A stretch of 64,000 bases of DNA from an uncultured Mailhella sp. (GCA_964369835.1 CAYJGE010000001.1:290-64289), one strand, 5' to 3'. Shown: positions 41,201 to 51,159, counted from the first letter of the stretch. Numbers and translations: made by a program. The notes: generated from the sequence alone by a model not told the origin.

Positions 41201-43109
41201 CAAAAGAAGAAAGATGTTTGCGAACAAAATCCACATTGGTTTTGCAAATCAAATTAATCAATTTACCACCAAATTTTTTTTGAAACTCTCTGGCTGTATA
41301 ACCAATAAGTCTGAAAAATCCTTCATTGGCAAAATCAACTTCCAATTCAGGTGAATATGCACATCTTAAAATTGCACCCGGAATATTATGATAAAGTTGC
41401 TTGACTTGATCATTGGCCTTTTCAAGCATAGTCTTGGCCGTATAACTATCTGTTATATTAATTAATAAAATATCTAAGGTGGTTAAATCAGCTTGTAATT
41501 CCCTATTGCCTATGAAAAGATAAATTAATTTGTCTCCATTTTTTGAAGAAATCTCAACTTCAAAGGATAGTTCATCATTATTTTTTGAAGTTGTTTCTAA
41601 AAACTCCAAAACTTTTTTTCTGTCATTGTCAGCAAGCATCAGTAAAAAGTTGTTATTGTAAATTTCAGATATTTCATTTTGATTATAGCCAAGCTGTTGA
41701 TAAAATGAAGAACTGCATTCCAAAATATTCAACTCGTTAAAGTGATAAGAACATGTCAAAAGGCTTCCGTTTGCCTTATCATACATACTTTGCAGTTTAT
41801 TGGCTTGAGCCTTATAGGAAGTAACATCGGTAAAAGTAACATATAAAAAAGCATTGTTATTATTCTTTATATAGGTTTGCCCACAAGCATTAATCCATTT
41901 AATTTGCTTATCTGACTCGATAACTTTTAAATCATAGGCAAATTGCTTGGAAGTATGCAAACATTTATACAATAAACCATAAAAATAAGTGGCTTCATTT
42001 TCTGTTAATATGTTTTCTAAAAGCTGTGCATAGGGTATATTGTCTTTTAATGGTTTAATATTTGGAACACCTAATTTTAAACAATTATCCAAAGTTGGGC
42101 TATAATAAAGAGGATAAACTTGGTCTGAATTATCAAGCTTAAATAATGCAAAACCACTAATACTTTTTTGGATAAAATTAAAAAACTTCTCAACTTCAGT
42201 GAGTCTGGTGTTTATATCTAAAAAATAAAGATGAATACTTTTTTGATGCTTTTCATCATTTATGACATGTCCTAATATTGAAACCCACATATAACTATTG
42301 TCTTTAGATTTTAATCTAAGATCAAAAGATAGTTTTTCACCGTTATTTAATATTTTATGATTAATATGTTCAGTTTTATGCAAAATATCGGCAGGATGAA
42401 ATAAACTAAACAAATTACCGACTGCCACTATTTCTTCAATACTGTCATATTTTAAAAGCTTGACCAAGTTATGATCAACATGCAGTATCGGATAATTTTC
42501 TTCAAGCTTACATTTTGCAAACCCAACAAGATTTTTCTCTTTACTGATAAATGACTTTACATCACTAAAAGACGCCACTTTTTTGTCATTATAAATGTCT
42601 ATTTCACTTTGTAAATATGAACTATTTTCAAGCTCATTAACTATTCTGATACCGGAAAAACGAAATTTACTTGGGTTAATATTTGGATCAATAAAATCAT
42701 TTTCAATGATATGATCCAAAATATCATTAACATCGCCTGAATTTGTCAAGATACTTTCTTCAATAATATCAAAGTAAACAAAAAAAGTTTTTTTATTGCT
42801 TAAGTAGACTGCCACAACACAGTTCCAACCTTTTGAGCTTTGGGTAATGGGCTGAAAGTCAATATTTTCAAGTTCAAAATCTTCGTGAACATCAAAAATC
42901 TTTGATTTTAAATCGCCAAGATATTGACACCCAACAAAATGCTCTTTTTCAAAGGAATGATATAAAAGAATATTGGGAGTACATGATTTAATTTCTTCTG
43001 ACTTGTCATCTGCTTCTGAAGGAAATGAACTCGAAAAAAAAGAACTACAAAAATCATTAATTAAAGAAATTATTTTATTTTTCATTTCTTCACTTAGTAA
43101 ATCTTTCAT
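38292..43109 (-). CDS. Hybrid sensor histidine kinase/response regulator with multiple PAS-like repeats
   Basis: 1605 aa. H-box SHDIRTPMNAIIGM, HATPase G-box GTGLGLAIVKALV, and a C-terminal receiver (LLVEDHPIN...FMDLQMPVLNG...AKP). It appears cytoplasmic, with no obvious TM segment. Confidence 0.9.
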   Translation of the reverse strand: MKDLLSEEMKNKIISLINDFCSSFFSSSFPSEADDKSEEIKSCTPNILLYHSFEKEHFVGCQYLGDLKSKIFDVHEDFELENIDFQPITQSSKGWNCVVAVYLSNKKTFFVYFDIIEESILTNSGDVNDILDHIIENDFIDPNINPSKFRFSGIRIVNELENSSYLQSEIDIYNDKKVASFSDVKSFISKEKNLVGFAKCKLEENYPILHVDHNLVKLLKYDSIEEIVAVGNLFSLFHPADILHKTEHINHKILNNGEKLSFDLRLKSKDNSYMWVSILGHVINDEKHQKSIHLYFLDINTRLTEVEKFFNFIQKSISGFALFKLDNSDQVYPLYYSPTLDNCLKLGVPNIKPLKDNIPYAQLLENILTENEATYFYGLLYKCLHTSKQFAYDLKVIESDKQIKWINACGQTYIKNNNNAFLYVTFTDVTSYKAQANKLQSMYDKANGSLLTCSYHFNELNILECSSSFYQQLGYNQNEISEIYNNNFLLMLADNDRKKVLEFLETTSKNNDELSFEVEISSKNGDKLIYLFIGNRELQADLTTLDILLINITDSYTAKTMLEKANDQVKQLYHNIPGAILRCAYSPELEVDFANEGFFRLIGYTAREFQKKFGGKLINLICKTNVDFVRKHLSSFDTENKLSLQFKVTTKSSDVLWLDMHSRLITDENGTSYLYATCTDVSLRYEIHNMLKVTKEKMGIAILNAGLLCWDYYPLENKAVLFANNIKNFHETVYHNFPECVVDMGYINESTVEAYFSVHAKIKSGAEYAEAEILSSFGNNDGKESWRRLRYVKVLNEDPSIPCYVGTSENIDSYKEVEKKLNLTIAQTGIDIWTYNIKTKTIIQDNNSRTVGLTDNIIENVPESIIERNIIHPKDVDKYRKMYEKVHNGDDIVTEELRVKNTFTDKYEWIKVHYNVTKDKTGKPNFAFASSYDITEQKNAENSYEESVQLWNRGMSDFVVSGIANLTQNDMFYLKFKEDFEQDIIHTAEEFFFEIEDRIKDINYKEEFKNNISVAKLLELFKNGVYNYSFETKILSKSNESLWICFDIKMLKQPSSEDIMCFLSLNDITQTKISQFFTSEFVENQFDFIFYINYEADTYKLFTAEHINAAFKAMPKFTGSYSCDSKVMLENTVVEEDLERILNERNLDTILKRCQLEGHYDVYFKVFWGGVLKYKQIRVFLFDDISKSVCFGCVDVTDIFLEEQKRVENLKQALDIAKQASEAKSTFLASMSHDIRTPMNAIIGMTNLAIEDIDNKEQIKESLNVIKSSSEHLLSLLNDILEMSRLESKKVVFNRDSFSIYDECLQVYNFFKGITIQKRQTINFINNNLVHENVISDVTRFNRVLTNLLGNAVKFTPEEGTISLILEEIGMDTENVARYCISIEDTGIGIAEENLEFIFDAFHREEKSVKNIEGTGLGLAIVKALVEYQNGDIKVESELGKGSKFIIELPMFIDTAKNKKNKEKAKQLNMQDINLNNTHILLVEDHPINVLVATKILEKMGAKITVAVNGQEGVDVFVNNPPKTFDFIFMDLQMPVLNGLDATVTIRQSKHEEASSIPIIAMTANAYAEDVRKSKLAGMNYHIAKPITVENIYTCLNKLNLLNKS

Positions 43110-43244
43110 ATTTAGACCTCAACTGCGAATTGGAATTTAAGTAATTGTTATTTGAATATATCATAATCGAAAAAGCATACTTCACAATATAATAAAACTA
43201 AAAGAATAAAGATAAGATAAAAGAATAAAGGTCAATCTGTTGAC

Positions 43245-43440
43245 CACGTCAATCCGTTTTTGTGTTTTTTGAGAGGGAAAACCACGTTTTTTTGAAAAAA
43301 ACGAGTTTTTCCCCCTCAAACTCCCCCTTTCCTTAAAAAACAAATTTTTCTAACATATTGTTTTATAATTATTTTTAAAAAATAGATTTAAAAATAATTA
43401 ATTTTTTTTTGAAAGTAAATTTCGCAAGCGGATTGACGTG
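43245..43440 (+). mobile_element. MITE, copy d: perfect 12-bp TIRs and a 10-bp target-site duplication
   Basis: TIRs cacgtcaatccg (43245-43256) and cggattgacgtg (43429-43440). The flanking direct repeat atctgttgac is at 43235-43244 and 43441-43450. Confidence 0.85.
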
Positions 43441-43497
43441 ATCTGTTGACAATAAACACAATTTGTATGCTCTGATACTTGGGATATTTATTTTATA

Positions 43498-43561
43498 AGA
43501 CTAAACAAGACACTAATAAGCCAGACTAAACAAGACACTAATAAACTAGACTAAACTATTC
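43498..43561. repeat. 2.5 tandem copies of a 25-bp unit
   Basis: agactaaacaagacactaataagcc / agactaaacaagacactaataaact / agactaaactattc. Confidence 0.85.
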
Positions 43562-43629
43562 AGATATTTCTTATTATATTCTTGAATTCAAATTAAGTCA
43601 AACAAGAGATAACATTTATAATTTTAACA

Positions 43630-43685
43630 CACGTCAATCCATTTTTATATTTTTTGAAAGTGATTTTCACAAGCAAATTGACGTG
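43630..43685 (+). mobile_element. Mini-MITE (56-bp internal-deletion derivative)
   Basis: cacgtcaatcc-atttttatattttttgaaagtgattttcacaag-caaattgacgtg retains only the TIRs and sub-terminal sequence of copy d. Confidence 0.65.
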
Positions 43686-43814
43686 TCACGGTATTCCAAT
43701 TCTTATATTAAAAGATATTTTTATCAAAATTGGTTAGTCAAAATTTCTCATTTGTGCCATTTTTCCAAACAAGGTTTGAAAAAATCATTGGGGTTTGCAA
43801 AGGGAGTGACTCCC

Positions 43815-44080
43815 CACGCCATTCCGGTTTTAAAAAAACATAATTATGGAATGATTTTTGATTTTAGGGCATTTTGGGAAAAGAATTGTCCTAAAATGCC
43901 CTAATCACTTCATTGGAGCATGGCGACATTGAAGTGCAAAAAGCAAGAATAGAAGTGGCTTTGCCGCTTCGTTAAATGATTGCTTTTTGAAAGTTATATG
44001 GGTTAGAGTAGGTTCAATTTTTATTGAAACTGCTCTAGTTCAAAAAAACGTGGTTTCCCCCCTCAATCCGGAATCACGCG
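43815..44080 (-). mobile_element. Composite MITE, copy g: MITE ends enclosing module X, with a 10-bp TSD
   Basis: Ends cacgccattccgg... and ...ccggaatcacgcg. The interior (43865-44037) is module X. The flanking direct repeat agtgactccc is at 43805-43814 and 44081-44090. Confidence 0.75.
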
Positions 44081-44259
44081 AGTGACTCCCTTTGCCGGGG
44101 GTTTGGGGGCAAAGCCCCCAAATTGGAATAACGTGATTGACATGTAAAGCTCTCAAACATATTTTTATGGCTTCCAATAAAATCTTGCGAAAATAAGCGT
44201 TTCATGATACACAAATTTTGTTAAATCATTAATACAAATAATCAATTGGATAAAGCAAT

Positions 44260-45303
44260 ATGAAAGAATTTATTTCCCTACTAAGTCAAGAGCAAGAAGG
44301 TATTGAATTATCACTAAAAAATGTTATAAATACTCTACCCCCATCCGTACAAGAATTAGCTGCCTACTCCCTTTTGTCTGGAGGAAAAAGATTACGCCCC
44401 TTTCTTTCACTGCTTTGTGCTAAAATATTTAATCCAAATATCTGTGCTATTCAAAAGGATATTTATGATGCAGCCATTGTTCTTGAAATGTTTCATGTGG
44501 CAAGTCTACTGCATGATGATGTGCTTGATAATGCCGATACAAGAAGAGGAAAAACCTCTGCTCATTTAGAATTTGGAATTCGTTCTTGCCTTTTGGCAGG
44601 TGATGCTTTACTTGCGGCAGGAAACAGACAAATGGCTGAGATTGCTCAAAAATATAATAATTTTGAACTCATGAACAGTATTTCAAATGCCCTTTTACAT
44701 ACTTCCTGCGGAGAAATTGAAGAAATTAGCTATGTGGGTAAAATCTTACCTGATTTACATGCCTACTGCCAAATTATTGAGGGAAAAACTGCTTATATCA
44801 TCAAATCTGCCTGTGAAGTCGGAGCATTAATGGCAGGAGCAAAAAAAGAAGATGTGCAAAACATGGCAACTTTTGGGCTTAATCTGGGTATGGCTTTTCA
44901 AATCATTGATGATGCCCTTGATTTTGCCCCTGAATCTCAAACAGGTAAACCCTGTGGAGGAGATTTGAGAGAAAGAAAATGTACTCCTCCCATATTAATG
45001 TATGCTAACTCACTGTCAAAGGAAGAAAGAAAGGATTTTGAAGCAAAATTTGCAATCATTCCCACGCCTGAATTTGAAAAAGCTCATCAAAGTAAAAAAA
45101 TTGGATTTAGCCAAGAAGAATCAGATAAAATTATTGATGAAATTATTACTCAAGAACTACCTGAAAAAACAAAACAATTAGCAGATACATATCTTAATCT
45201 GGCCAAAATTGCCCTAGAAAAATATAGTATAGATAAATATGATTGTGAATATAGTAAAATACTTTTACAGGTTTTAGAATATGTTCAAATGCGCAAAAAA
45301 TAA
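44260..45303 (+). CDS. Long-chain polyprenyl diphosphate synthase (trans-IPPS)
   Basis: First DDxxD motif LLHDDVLD and second IIDDALD. 347 aa. Confidence 0.85.
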   Translation: MKEFISLLSQEQEGIELSLKNVINTLPPSVQELAAYSLLSGGKRLRPFLSLLCAKIFNPNICAIQKDIYDAAIVLEMFHVASLLHDDVLDNADTRRGKTSAHLEFGIRSCLLAGDALLAAGNRQMAEIAQKYNNFELMNSISNALLHTSCGEIEEISYVGKILPDLHAYCQIIEGKTAYIIKSACEVGALMAGAKKEDVQNMATFGLNLGMAFQIIDDALDFAPESQTGKPCGGDLRERKCTPPILMYANSLSKEERKDFEAKFAIIPTPEFEKAHQSKKIGFSQEESDKIIDEIITQELPEKTKQLADTYLNLAKIALEKYSIDKYDCEYSKILLQVLEYVQMRKK

Positions 45304-45315
45304 AAGGAAAAATCA

Positions 45316-48303
45316 ATGGATTTGAAAAGATTAGAAATAAGTGTACAGGAAAACCAAGATGATCCTGTGGGACATAGAGTTTTAACTCAAATTCAAGAAG
45401 CTTTTGGTTATAATATTCAAAAGGTCAGAGTCAACAAGATTTTAACTATAGATAACTTATTTGAAGAAGATGCCGGCATCTTATTAAATAAAGCTGTCTT
45501 GCATGATCCCATTGTGCAAAATGCTTCTTTTACTACCACAAAATCAGATGCAGACTTTATCTTAGAAGTTAGCTTTAAGCCCGGTGTAACAGATAATGAG
45601 GGCAATACTGCCGCCTCAACAGCTTGCATGGTTTTAAACAGACCTCGTACTGATTTAAATATTTACACAGCCAATCAATATCATATCTGGGCAGATTTAA
45701 CCCTTGAACAAGCTGAAAACATTGGTAAAAATCTTTTAGCAAATGAACTTATACAAAGGCTTAGAATAAAAACAAAGCTTGAATGGGAAAAAGAAGCCGG
45801 TTTTTCTGCTCAAGCTTCAAAAGTAACAGGTAAAGCACTTGATACCATTAATATAATTCCAATTTTAGAAATGAATGATGCTGAACTCATGGATTATAGC
45901 AAGCAAAACACCTTGGCACTAAGCTTGGATGAAATGAAAGTCATTCAAAATTATTATGCAAGTGAAGAGTGTAAAAAAATCAGAAAACAATATGGGCTTG
46001 AAAAAAATCCTACAGATGCCGAAATTGAAGTCTTGGCTCAAACTTGGTCAGAGCATTGCAAACATAAAATATTTGCGTCCAAAATTGATTATACAGACCT
46101 TGACACAGGCGAAAGTGAAGTAATTGACAGTATTTATAAAACATATATTCAAAGACCCACAGCCGCCATTCGTAAAAGACTGGGAAATATGGATTTTTGC
46201 CGTTCCGTGTTCAGTGATAATGCGGGAGTTATAGCTTTTAATGATGATTATGATGTTTGCATCAAGGTTGAAACCCATAACAGCCCCTCGGCTTTGGATC
46301 CCTATGGCGGAGCTTTAACAGGTATTGTCGGCGTTAACCGTGACCCCATGGGCACAGGCATGGGCGCAGAACTAATTTGTAATACCGATGTTTTTTGTTT
46401 TGCTTCACCCTTTTATAAGGATCATATTCCCGAAAGACTTTTGCACCCTTTAAGGGTGATGGAGGGAGTACGCAAAGGGGTTGAGGACGGAGGAAATAAA
46501 TCGGGAGTTCCCACAGTGAACGGATCCCTTGTTTTTGATGAACGTTACCTTGGAAAACCCTTGGTTTACTGCGGAACAGTAGGTTTAATGCCCAAAAAAT
46601 TGCATGGAAAACCCGGTTATGAAAAAGCACCGCAAGTTGGCGATGCCATTGTCATGGTGGGGGGCAGAATAGGAAAAGACGGAATTCACGGGGCAACTTT
46701 TTCTTCCGAAGAATTACACGAAAATTCTCCGGCAACAGCCGTGCAAATAGGTGACCCCATTACCCAAAGAAAAATGTATGATTTCATAATCAAAGCCAGA
46801 GATTTGGGTCTATACCATGCCATTACCGATAATGGCGCAGGCGGTCTTTCTTCTTCTGTCGGTGAAATGAGTGAAGCCACGGGCGGTTGTGAAATGGATC
46901 TTAGCCTTGCCCCATTAAAATATGATGGTTTATCACCTTGGGAGATTTTACTTTCGGAAGCTCAAGAAAGAATGACTTTGGCTGTGCCACAAACTAAATT
47001 AAAAGAATTTTTAGAGCTGGCAAAATATATGGACGTGGAAGCAACTGCCCTTGGTAAATTTACAAGTTCAGGAATTTTCTTCGTAACCTATGGCAAAAAA
47101 CCATTAACTGTTCTACCCATGGAGTTTATGCACAAAGGATTGCCCCAAATGCAATTAAAAGCTGTATGGAAATCCGATCCGCCAAATCTTGAAAATCCTG
47201 TATTTATGCCGAACATGGAAGCCAAAAAAGAATTTTTATTAAAAATGCTTGGCAGACTGAATATTTGCAGTAAAGAATATATTATTCGCCAATATGATCA
47301 TGAGGTTCAAGGCGGTAGCGTAGTTAAACCCTTGGTGGGCGTAAAACAAGACGGCCCCTCCGATGCGGCTGTTTTAAGACCTGTTCTCGGACAAGAAAAA
47401 GGCATAGTGCTTTCCCATGGTATTTGCCCCAAATTCAGTGATTATGATTGCTATTGGATGATGGCAAATGCCCTTGATGAAGCCATCAGAAATGCTGTTG
47501 CTGTTGGCGCAAATCCTGATGAGATGGCAGGTTGTGATAATTTTTGTTGGTGCGATCCCGTTCAATCCGAAAAAACTCCCGATGGTGAATATAAACTTGC
47601 CCAATTGGTCAGAGCTTCCAAGGCTCTTGGTAAATTTTGCATTGATTATGGTGTTCCTTGCATTTCAGGTAAGGACAGCATGAAAAACGACTATATGGGC
47701 GACGGAAAGAAAATTTCCATTCCTCCCACTGTCCTGTTTAGCGTAATTGCCGGTATTGAAAATGTTAATTTGGCTGTGACCAGTGATTTTAAACAATTTG
47801 GCGATTCCATTTATTTACTTGGAACAACCAAAAAAGAAATGGCAGGCAGTGAAGCTTTTTCCGAGCTTAATATTAAGGGTTCAAGAGTGCCGACGGTGGA
47901 CGCCGCCTCTGCATTAAAACGTTATCGCGCCTTACATAAAGCCATGCAAAATAAATTGGTAACAGCTTGCCACGACCTTTCGGACGGAGGGCTTGCAATT
48001 GCCATTGCCGAAATGTGCATAGGCGGAAGAATGGGGGCAAAAATTGATATTGCTAAAATTATTTGTCAAGAACCTTTAACTCCCTTTGAAAAAATGTACA
48101 GTGAATCGGCAAGCCGTTTACTTGTCAGTATCTCCAAGGGCAATGAAAATGAATTTGAAGCTATGTTTGAAGGTGATTGCCATAAAATCGGTGAAGTAAG
48201 CACCGATGACAAATTACATATTATTAATGGTGATGAACAAATTTTAATTCATGAAGTTGAAAACTTGGCAAAAGCATTTAAAGCTACATTAGGGAATCAT
48301 TGA
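45316..48303 (+). CDS. purL: Phosphoribosylformylglycinamidine synthase (large PurL with an N-terminal PurS-like region)
   Basis: 995 aa with AIR-synthase-related repeats (ETHNSPSALDPYGGA, GIHGATFSS). Confidence 0.9.
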   Translation: MDLKRLEISVQENQDDPVGHRVLTQIQEAFGYNIQKVRVNKILTIDNLFEEDAGILLNKAVLHDPIVQNASFTTTKSDADFILEVSFKPGVTDNEGNTAASTACMVLNRPRTDLNIYTANQYHIWADLTLEQAENIGKNLLANELIQRLRIKTKLEWEKEAGFSAQASKVTGKALDTINIIPILEMNDAELMDYSKQNTLALSLDEMKVIQNYYASEECKKIRKQYGLEKNPTDAEIEVLAQTWSEHCKHKIFASKIDYTDLDTGESEVIDSIYKTYIQRPTAAIRKRLGNMDFCRSVFSDNAGVIAFNDDYDVCIKVETHNSPSALDPYGGALTGIVGVNRDPMGTGMGAELICNTDVFCFASPFYKDHIPERLLHPLRVMEGVRKGVEDGGNKSGVPTVNGSLVFDERYLGKPLVYCGTVGLMPKKLHGKPGYEKAPQVGDAIVMVGGRIGKDGIHGATFSSEELHENSPATAVQIGDPITQRKMYDFIIKARDLGLYHAITDNGAGGLSSSVGEMSEATGGCEMDLSLAPLKYDGLSPWEILLSEAQERMTLAVPQTKLKEFLELAKYMDVEATALGKFTSSGIFFVTYGKKPLTVLPMEFMHKGLPQMQLKAVWKSDPPNLENPVFMPNMEAKKEFLLKMLGRLNICSKEYIIRQYDHEVQGGSVVKPLVGVKQDGPSDAAVLRPVLGQEKGIVLSHGICPKFSDYDCYWMMANALDEAIRNAVAVGANPDEMAGCDNFCWCDPVQSEKTPDGEYKLAQLVRASKALGKFCIDYGVPCISGKDSMKNDYMGDGKKISIPPTVLFSVIAGIENVNLAVTSDFKQFGDSIYLLGTTKKEMAGSEAFSELNIKGSRVPTVDAASALKRYRALHKAMQNKLVTACHDLSDGGLAIAIAEMCIGGRMGAKIDIAKIICQEPLTPFEKMYSESASRLLVSISKGNENEFEAMFEGDCHKIGEVSTDDKLHIINGDEQILIHEVENLAKAFKATLGNH

Positions 48304-48334
48304 TTAATTTCTTAGGTAAAAAATAAATTTTTTT

Positions 48335-48675
48335 TACCTTTCCCCCTTGTGCTCGCTTGCGTAAGCACTGCAAGGGGGGTGTCATATTGTTTTGAGTAGC
48401 AAAAACAATATGACGGGGGGTTCAGTTCAAGCCAATCGCTTTTTGCTTCACACTATAATGGCATAAACTATTTAATCATAATTGTTTTTGACAAGCAAAA
48501 AGCGAGGTTAGTGTCATAAAATAGCGGGTAAAATAAGGCAGGCTTTCAAGAGCAAGGAAAGCGAAAAATTTTAGAGGGCGTGTACTCAAGTACATAACCG
48601 ATAAAATTTACAGCTTGACGCAGATGTTGGAAGTCTGACTGGTTTACCCCTATATTTTATGACAATAAAAAACAC
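48335..48675 (+). ncRNA. S-family structured element, copy 2
   Basis: Colinear with 18553-18884. The third stem is tcgctttttgctt (48436-48448)/aagcaaaaagcga (48493-48505), with compensatory changes relative to copy 1. Confidence 0.5.
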
Positions 48676-48817
48676 AATTTGTTTCTGCTAAGCAGAAACA
48701 AATAATAAAAAGACAATTTGATTTTGCAAAGCAAAAACAAGTAATTGAAAAAACCAACTTGATTTTGCAAAGCAAAAACAAGTTAGTGAAAACAAAACCT
48801 AATTAAATTTAAAAAAT

Positions 48818-50029
48818 ATGATGAGAGAGTTTATGTCAAATTTTAATATTTGGAAAGAAAAAGAAGAAAGTTTATTGTGTCGCACCTATGGACGTTACCC
48901 TTTAACCGTAAAAAATGCCAAGGGTTCAAAATTATACGATGCCGACGGAAAAGAGTATATTGATTTATTGTCAGGCATTGCCGTAACTGCCCTTGGACAT
49001 TGCAATGATGAATTGGCAGATGTTATTGCTGCCCAAGCACATAAATTAATTCATGTCAGTAACTTATTTTATCAAGAAGAACAACTTGAATTGGCAGAAG
49101 CCCTATTAAATACTTGTGATATGGATAAGGTTTTCTTTTGTAATTCAGGAGCGGAAGCCAATGAAGCTGCCATCAAAATCGCCAGACGTTATCAGCAAAA
49201 GGTGAAAAATAAAGATGCCTATGAAATAATTACCCTAGAACATGCTTTTCATGGCAGAACCCTAGCCACCATTGCAGCCACAGGGCAAGCTAAATTTTTA
49301 GATGGATTTTCTCCAAAAACCGATGGCTTTGTACAAGTGGCTTGGAATGACTTGGAAGCTGTTAAAAAAGCAATTACTCCAAAAACAGCCGCCGTTTTGG
49401 TGGAAGTAATTCAAGGTGAAGGCGGTGTTCATGCCCTAAGCCCTGAATATTGTCACGCTTTACAAGAGTTGTGCAAACAAGAAGGAATTTTATTTATTGT
49501 TGATGAAGTACAAAGCGGGCTTTGCCGTACAGGCAAGTTCTGGGCTCATCAACATTATGATTTGAAGCCAGATGTGATGACTTCTGCCAAGGCGCTTGCC
49601 AATGGTTTGCCACTGGGTGCCATGCTTTGCACAAATGAAATCAGTAAAGGTTTTGAGCCGGGCAGTCATGCTACCACCTTTGGGGGTGGAGCCTTGGTCA
49701 CAAAGGTAGGCGCTAAGATCATTGAAATCATGCACAGAGATCAACTGGCCAATAGGGCAGCCAAGATGGGTGAACATGTCAAAGAAAGTGTTTTGGCATT
49801 AAATTCAAAACATGTGAAAGAAGTGCGTGGTTTTGGTTTGATGGTGGGAATTGATCTTGCTTGTGATGCCGATACAGCCAAAAAAGTTTGGGATAACTTA
49901 TTGGAAGAGGGATTTGTGCTAAATTTAACTCAAGGTACAGTGCTTAGGTTATTGCCTGCATTAAATATCGATCAGGAAGATTTGGATAAATTTGTTAGTT
50001 GTTTGGATAAGCAGTTAAAAAATTTATAA
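48818..50029 (+). CDS. argD: Acetylornithine aminotransferase (class III PLP aminotransferase)
   Basis: Typical ArgD sequence, with the PLP Lys in MTSAKALANG. The start is ambiguous between ATG 48818, 48821 and 48833. Confidence 0.9.
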   Translation: MMREFMSNFNIWKEKEESLLCRTYGRYPLTVKNAKGSKLYDADGKEYIDLLSGIAVTALGHCNDELADVIAAQAHKLIHVSNLFYQEEQLELAEALLNTCDMDKVFFCNSGAEANEAAIKIARRYQQKVKNKDAYEIITLEHAFHGRTLATIAATGQAKFLDGFSPKTDGFVQVAWNDLEAVKKAITPKTAAVLVEVIQGEGGVHALSPEYCHALQELCKQEGILFIVDEVQSGLCRTGKFWAHQHYDLKPDVMTSAKALANGLPLGAMLCTNEISKGFEPGSHATTFGGGALVTKVGAKIIEIMHRDQLANRAAKMGEHVKESVLALNSKHVKEVRGFGLMVGIDLACDADTAKKVWDNLLEEGFVLNLTQGTVLRLLPALNIDQEDLDKFVSCLDKQLKNL

Positions 50030-50085
50030 GAATAAAAACACTTTATAAACATAAAACCATAAAGATTTAAAGATTGGAAAAGATT

Positions 50086-51159
50086 ATGAAAAAGCATATT
50101 TGCGTAATGCCTGGAGACGGAATCGGTCCGGAAATAATTTCTCAAGCTCTTAGGGTACTTGAAAAAATCGGAGAAAAATTTAACCATGAATTTACTTGTG
50201 AAGAGGCTTTAATCGGTGGTGTCGCCATTGATGCCAAGGGTTTGCCCTTACCCCAAGAAACCATTGATATTTGTAAAAAATCAGATGCTGTTTTGCTTGG
50301 TGCCGTGGGAGGCCCACAATGGGATAATATCGACCCTGCCATTCGTCCGGAACGCGGACTCTTGGCAATACGCAAAGAACTTGGGCTTTTTGCCAACTTA
50401 CGCCCTGCCAGACTAATGCCTGAACTTGCAGGCGCTTGCCTTTTAAGGCTTGATACAGCTCAAAAAGGGCTTGATTTAATAGTGGTCAGAGAACTTACAG
50501 GCGGAATTTATTTTGGACAACCCGCCGCAACCGAAGTAAGGGACGGCAAAAGAGTTGGTTATAATACCATGATTTATGACGAGGAAGAAATTGCTCGTAT
50601 CGGACATATTGCCTTTCAAACTGCCATGAAAAGAAATAAAAAGGTTTGCTCCGTGGACAAGGCAAATGTGCTTGCAGTCAGTAGGGTTTGGCGTGAAGTT
50701 ATCATGGAAGTTGCGGCAGAATATCCGGAAGTTGAACTTAGCCATTTATATGTAGACAATGCCGCCATGCAATTGGTGCGTGACCCAAGCCAATTTGATG
50801 TAATTGTCACAGGCAATTTATTTGGCGATATTTTATCCGATGAAGCTGCTGTAATTACAGGTTCAATCGGCATGCTTGCCTCTGCTTCCCTTGGTAAAAA
50901 TGATCCGGGTTTATATGAACCCATTCACGGTTCAGCCCCCGACATTGCAGGACAAAATAAGGCCAATCCCTTGGCAACCATTTTATCTGTTTCAATGATG
51001 CTTCTACATGCCTTTGATTTGGCCGATGAAGCAAAATGTATTGAAGATGCGGTGCAAAAAACTTTACAAGACGGTTATCGCACAGGTGATATCATGGAAG
51101 AAGGCAAAACCTTGCTCGGAACCAAGGAAATAACCGATAAAGTTTTGGAAAGAATGTAA
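50086..51159 (+). CDS. leuB: 3-isopropylmalate dehydrogenase
   Basis: [11 protein letters not shown]-terminus and [11 protein letters not shown] signature. The start is moved from TTG 50074 to ATG 50086. Confidence 0.95.
   Translation: MKKHICVMPGDGIGPEIISQALRVLEKIGEKFNHEFTCEEALIGGVAIDAKGLPLPQETIDICKKSDAVLLGAVGGPQWDNIDPAIRPERGLLAIRKELGLFANLRPARLMPELAGACLLRLDTAQKGLDLIVVRELTGGIYFGQPAATEVRDGKRVGYNTMIYDEEEIARIGHIAFQTAMKRNKKVCSVDKANVLAVSRVWREVIMEVAAEYPEVELSHLYVDNAAMQLVRDPSQFDVIVTGNLFGDILSDEAAVITGSIGMLASASLGKNDPGLYEPIHGSAPDIAGQNKANPLATILSVSMMLLHAFDLADEAKCIEDAVQKTLQDGYRTGDIMEEGKTLLGTKEITDKVLERM

Noticed and set aside
48410-48435. A tRNA/tmRNA-like T-arm impression (ggggggttcagttcaagcc) in S-family copies.
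   Set aside because: There is no complementary stem for a T-arm, no acceptor stem and no anticodon arm. It is present in three diverging copies inside a larger repeat.
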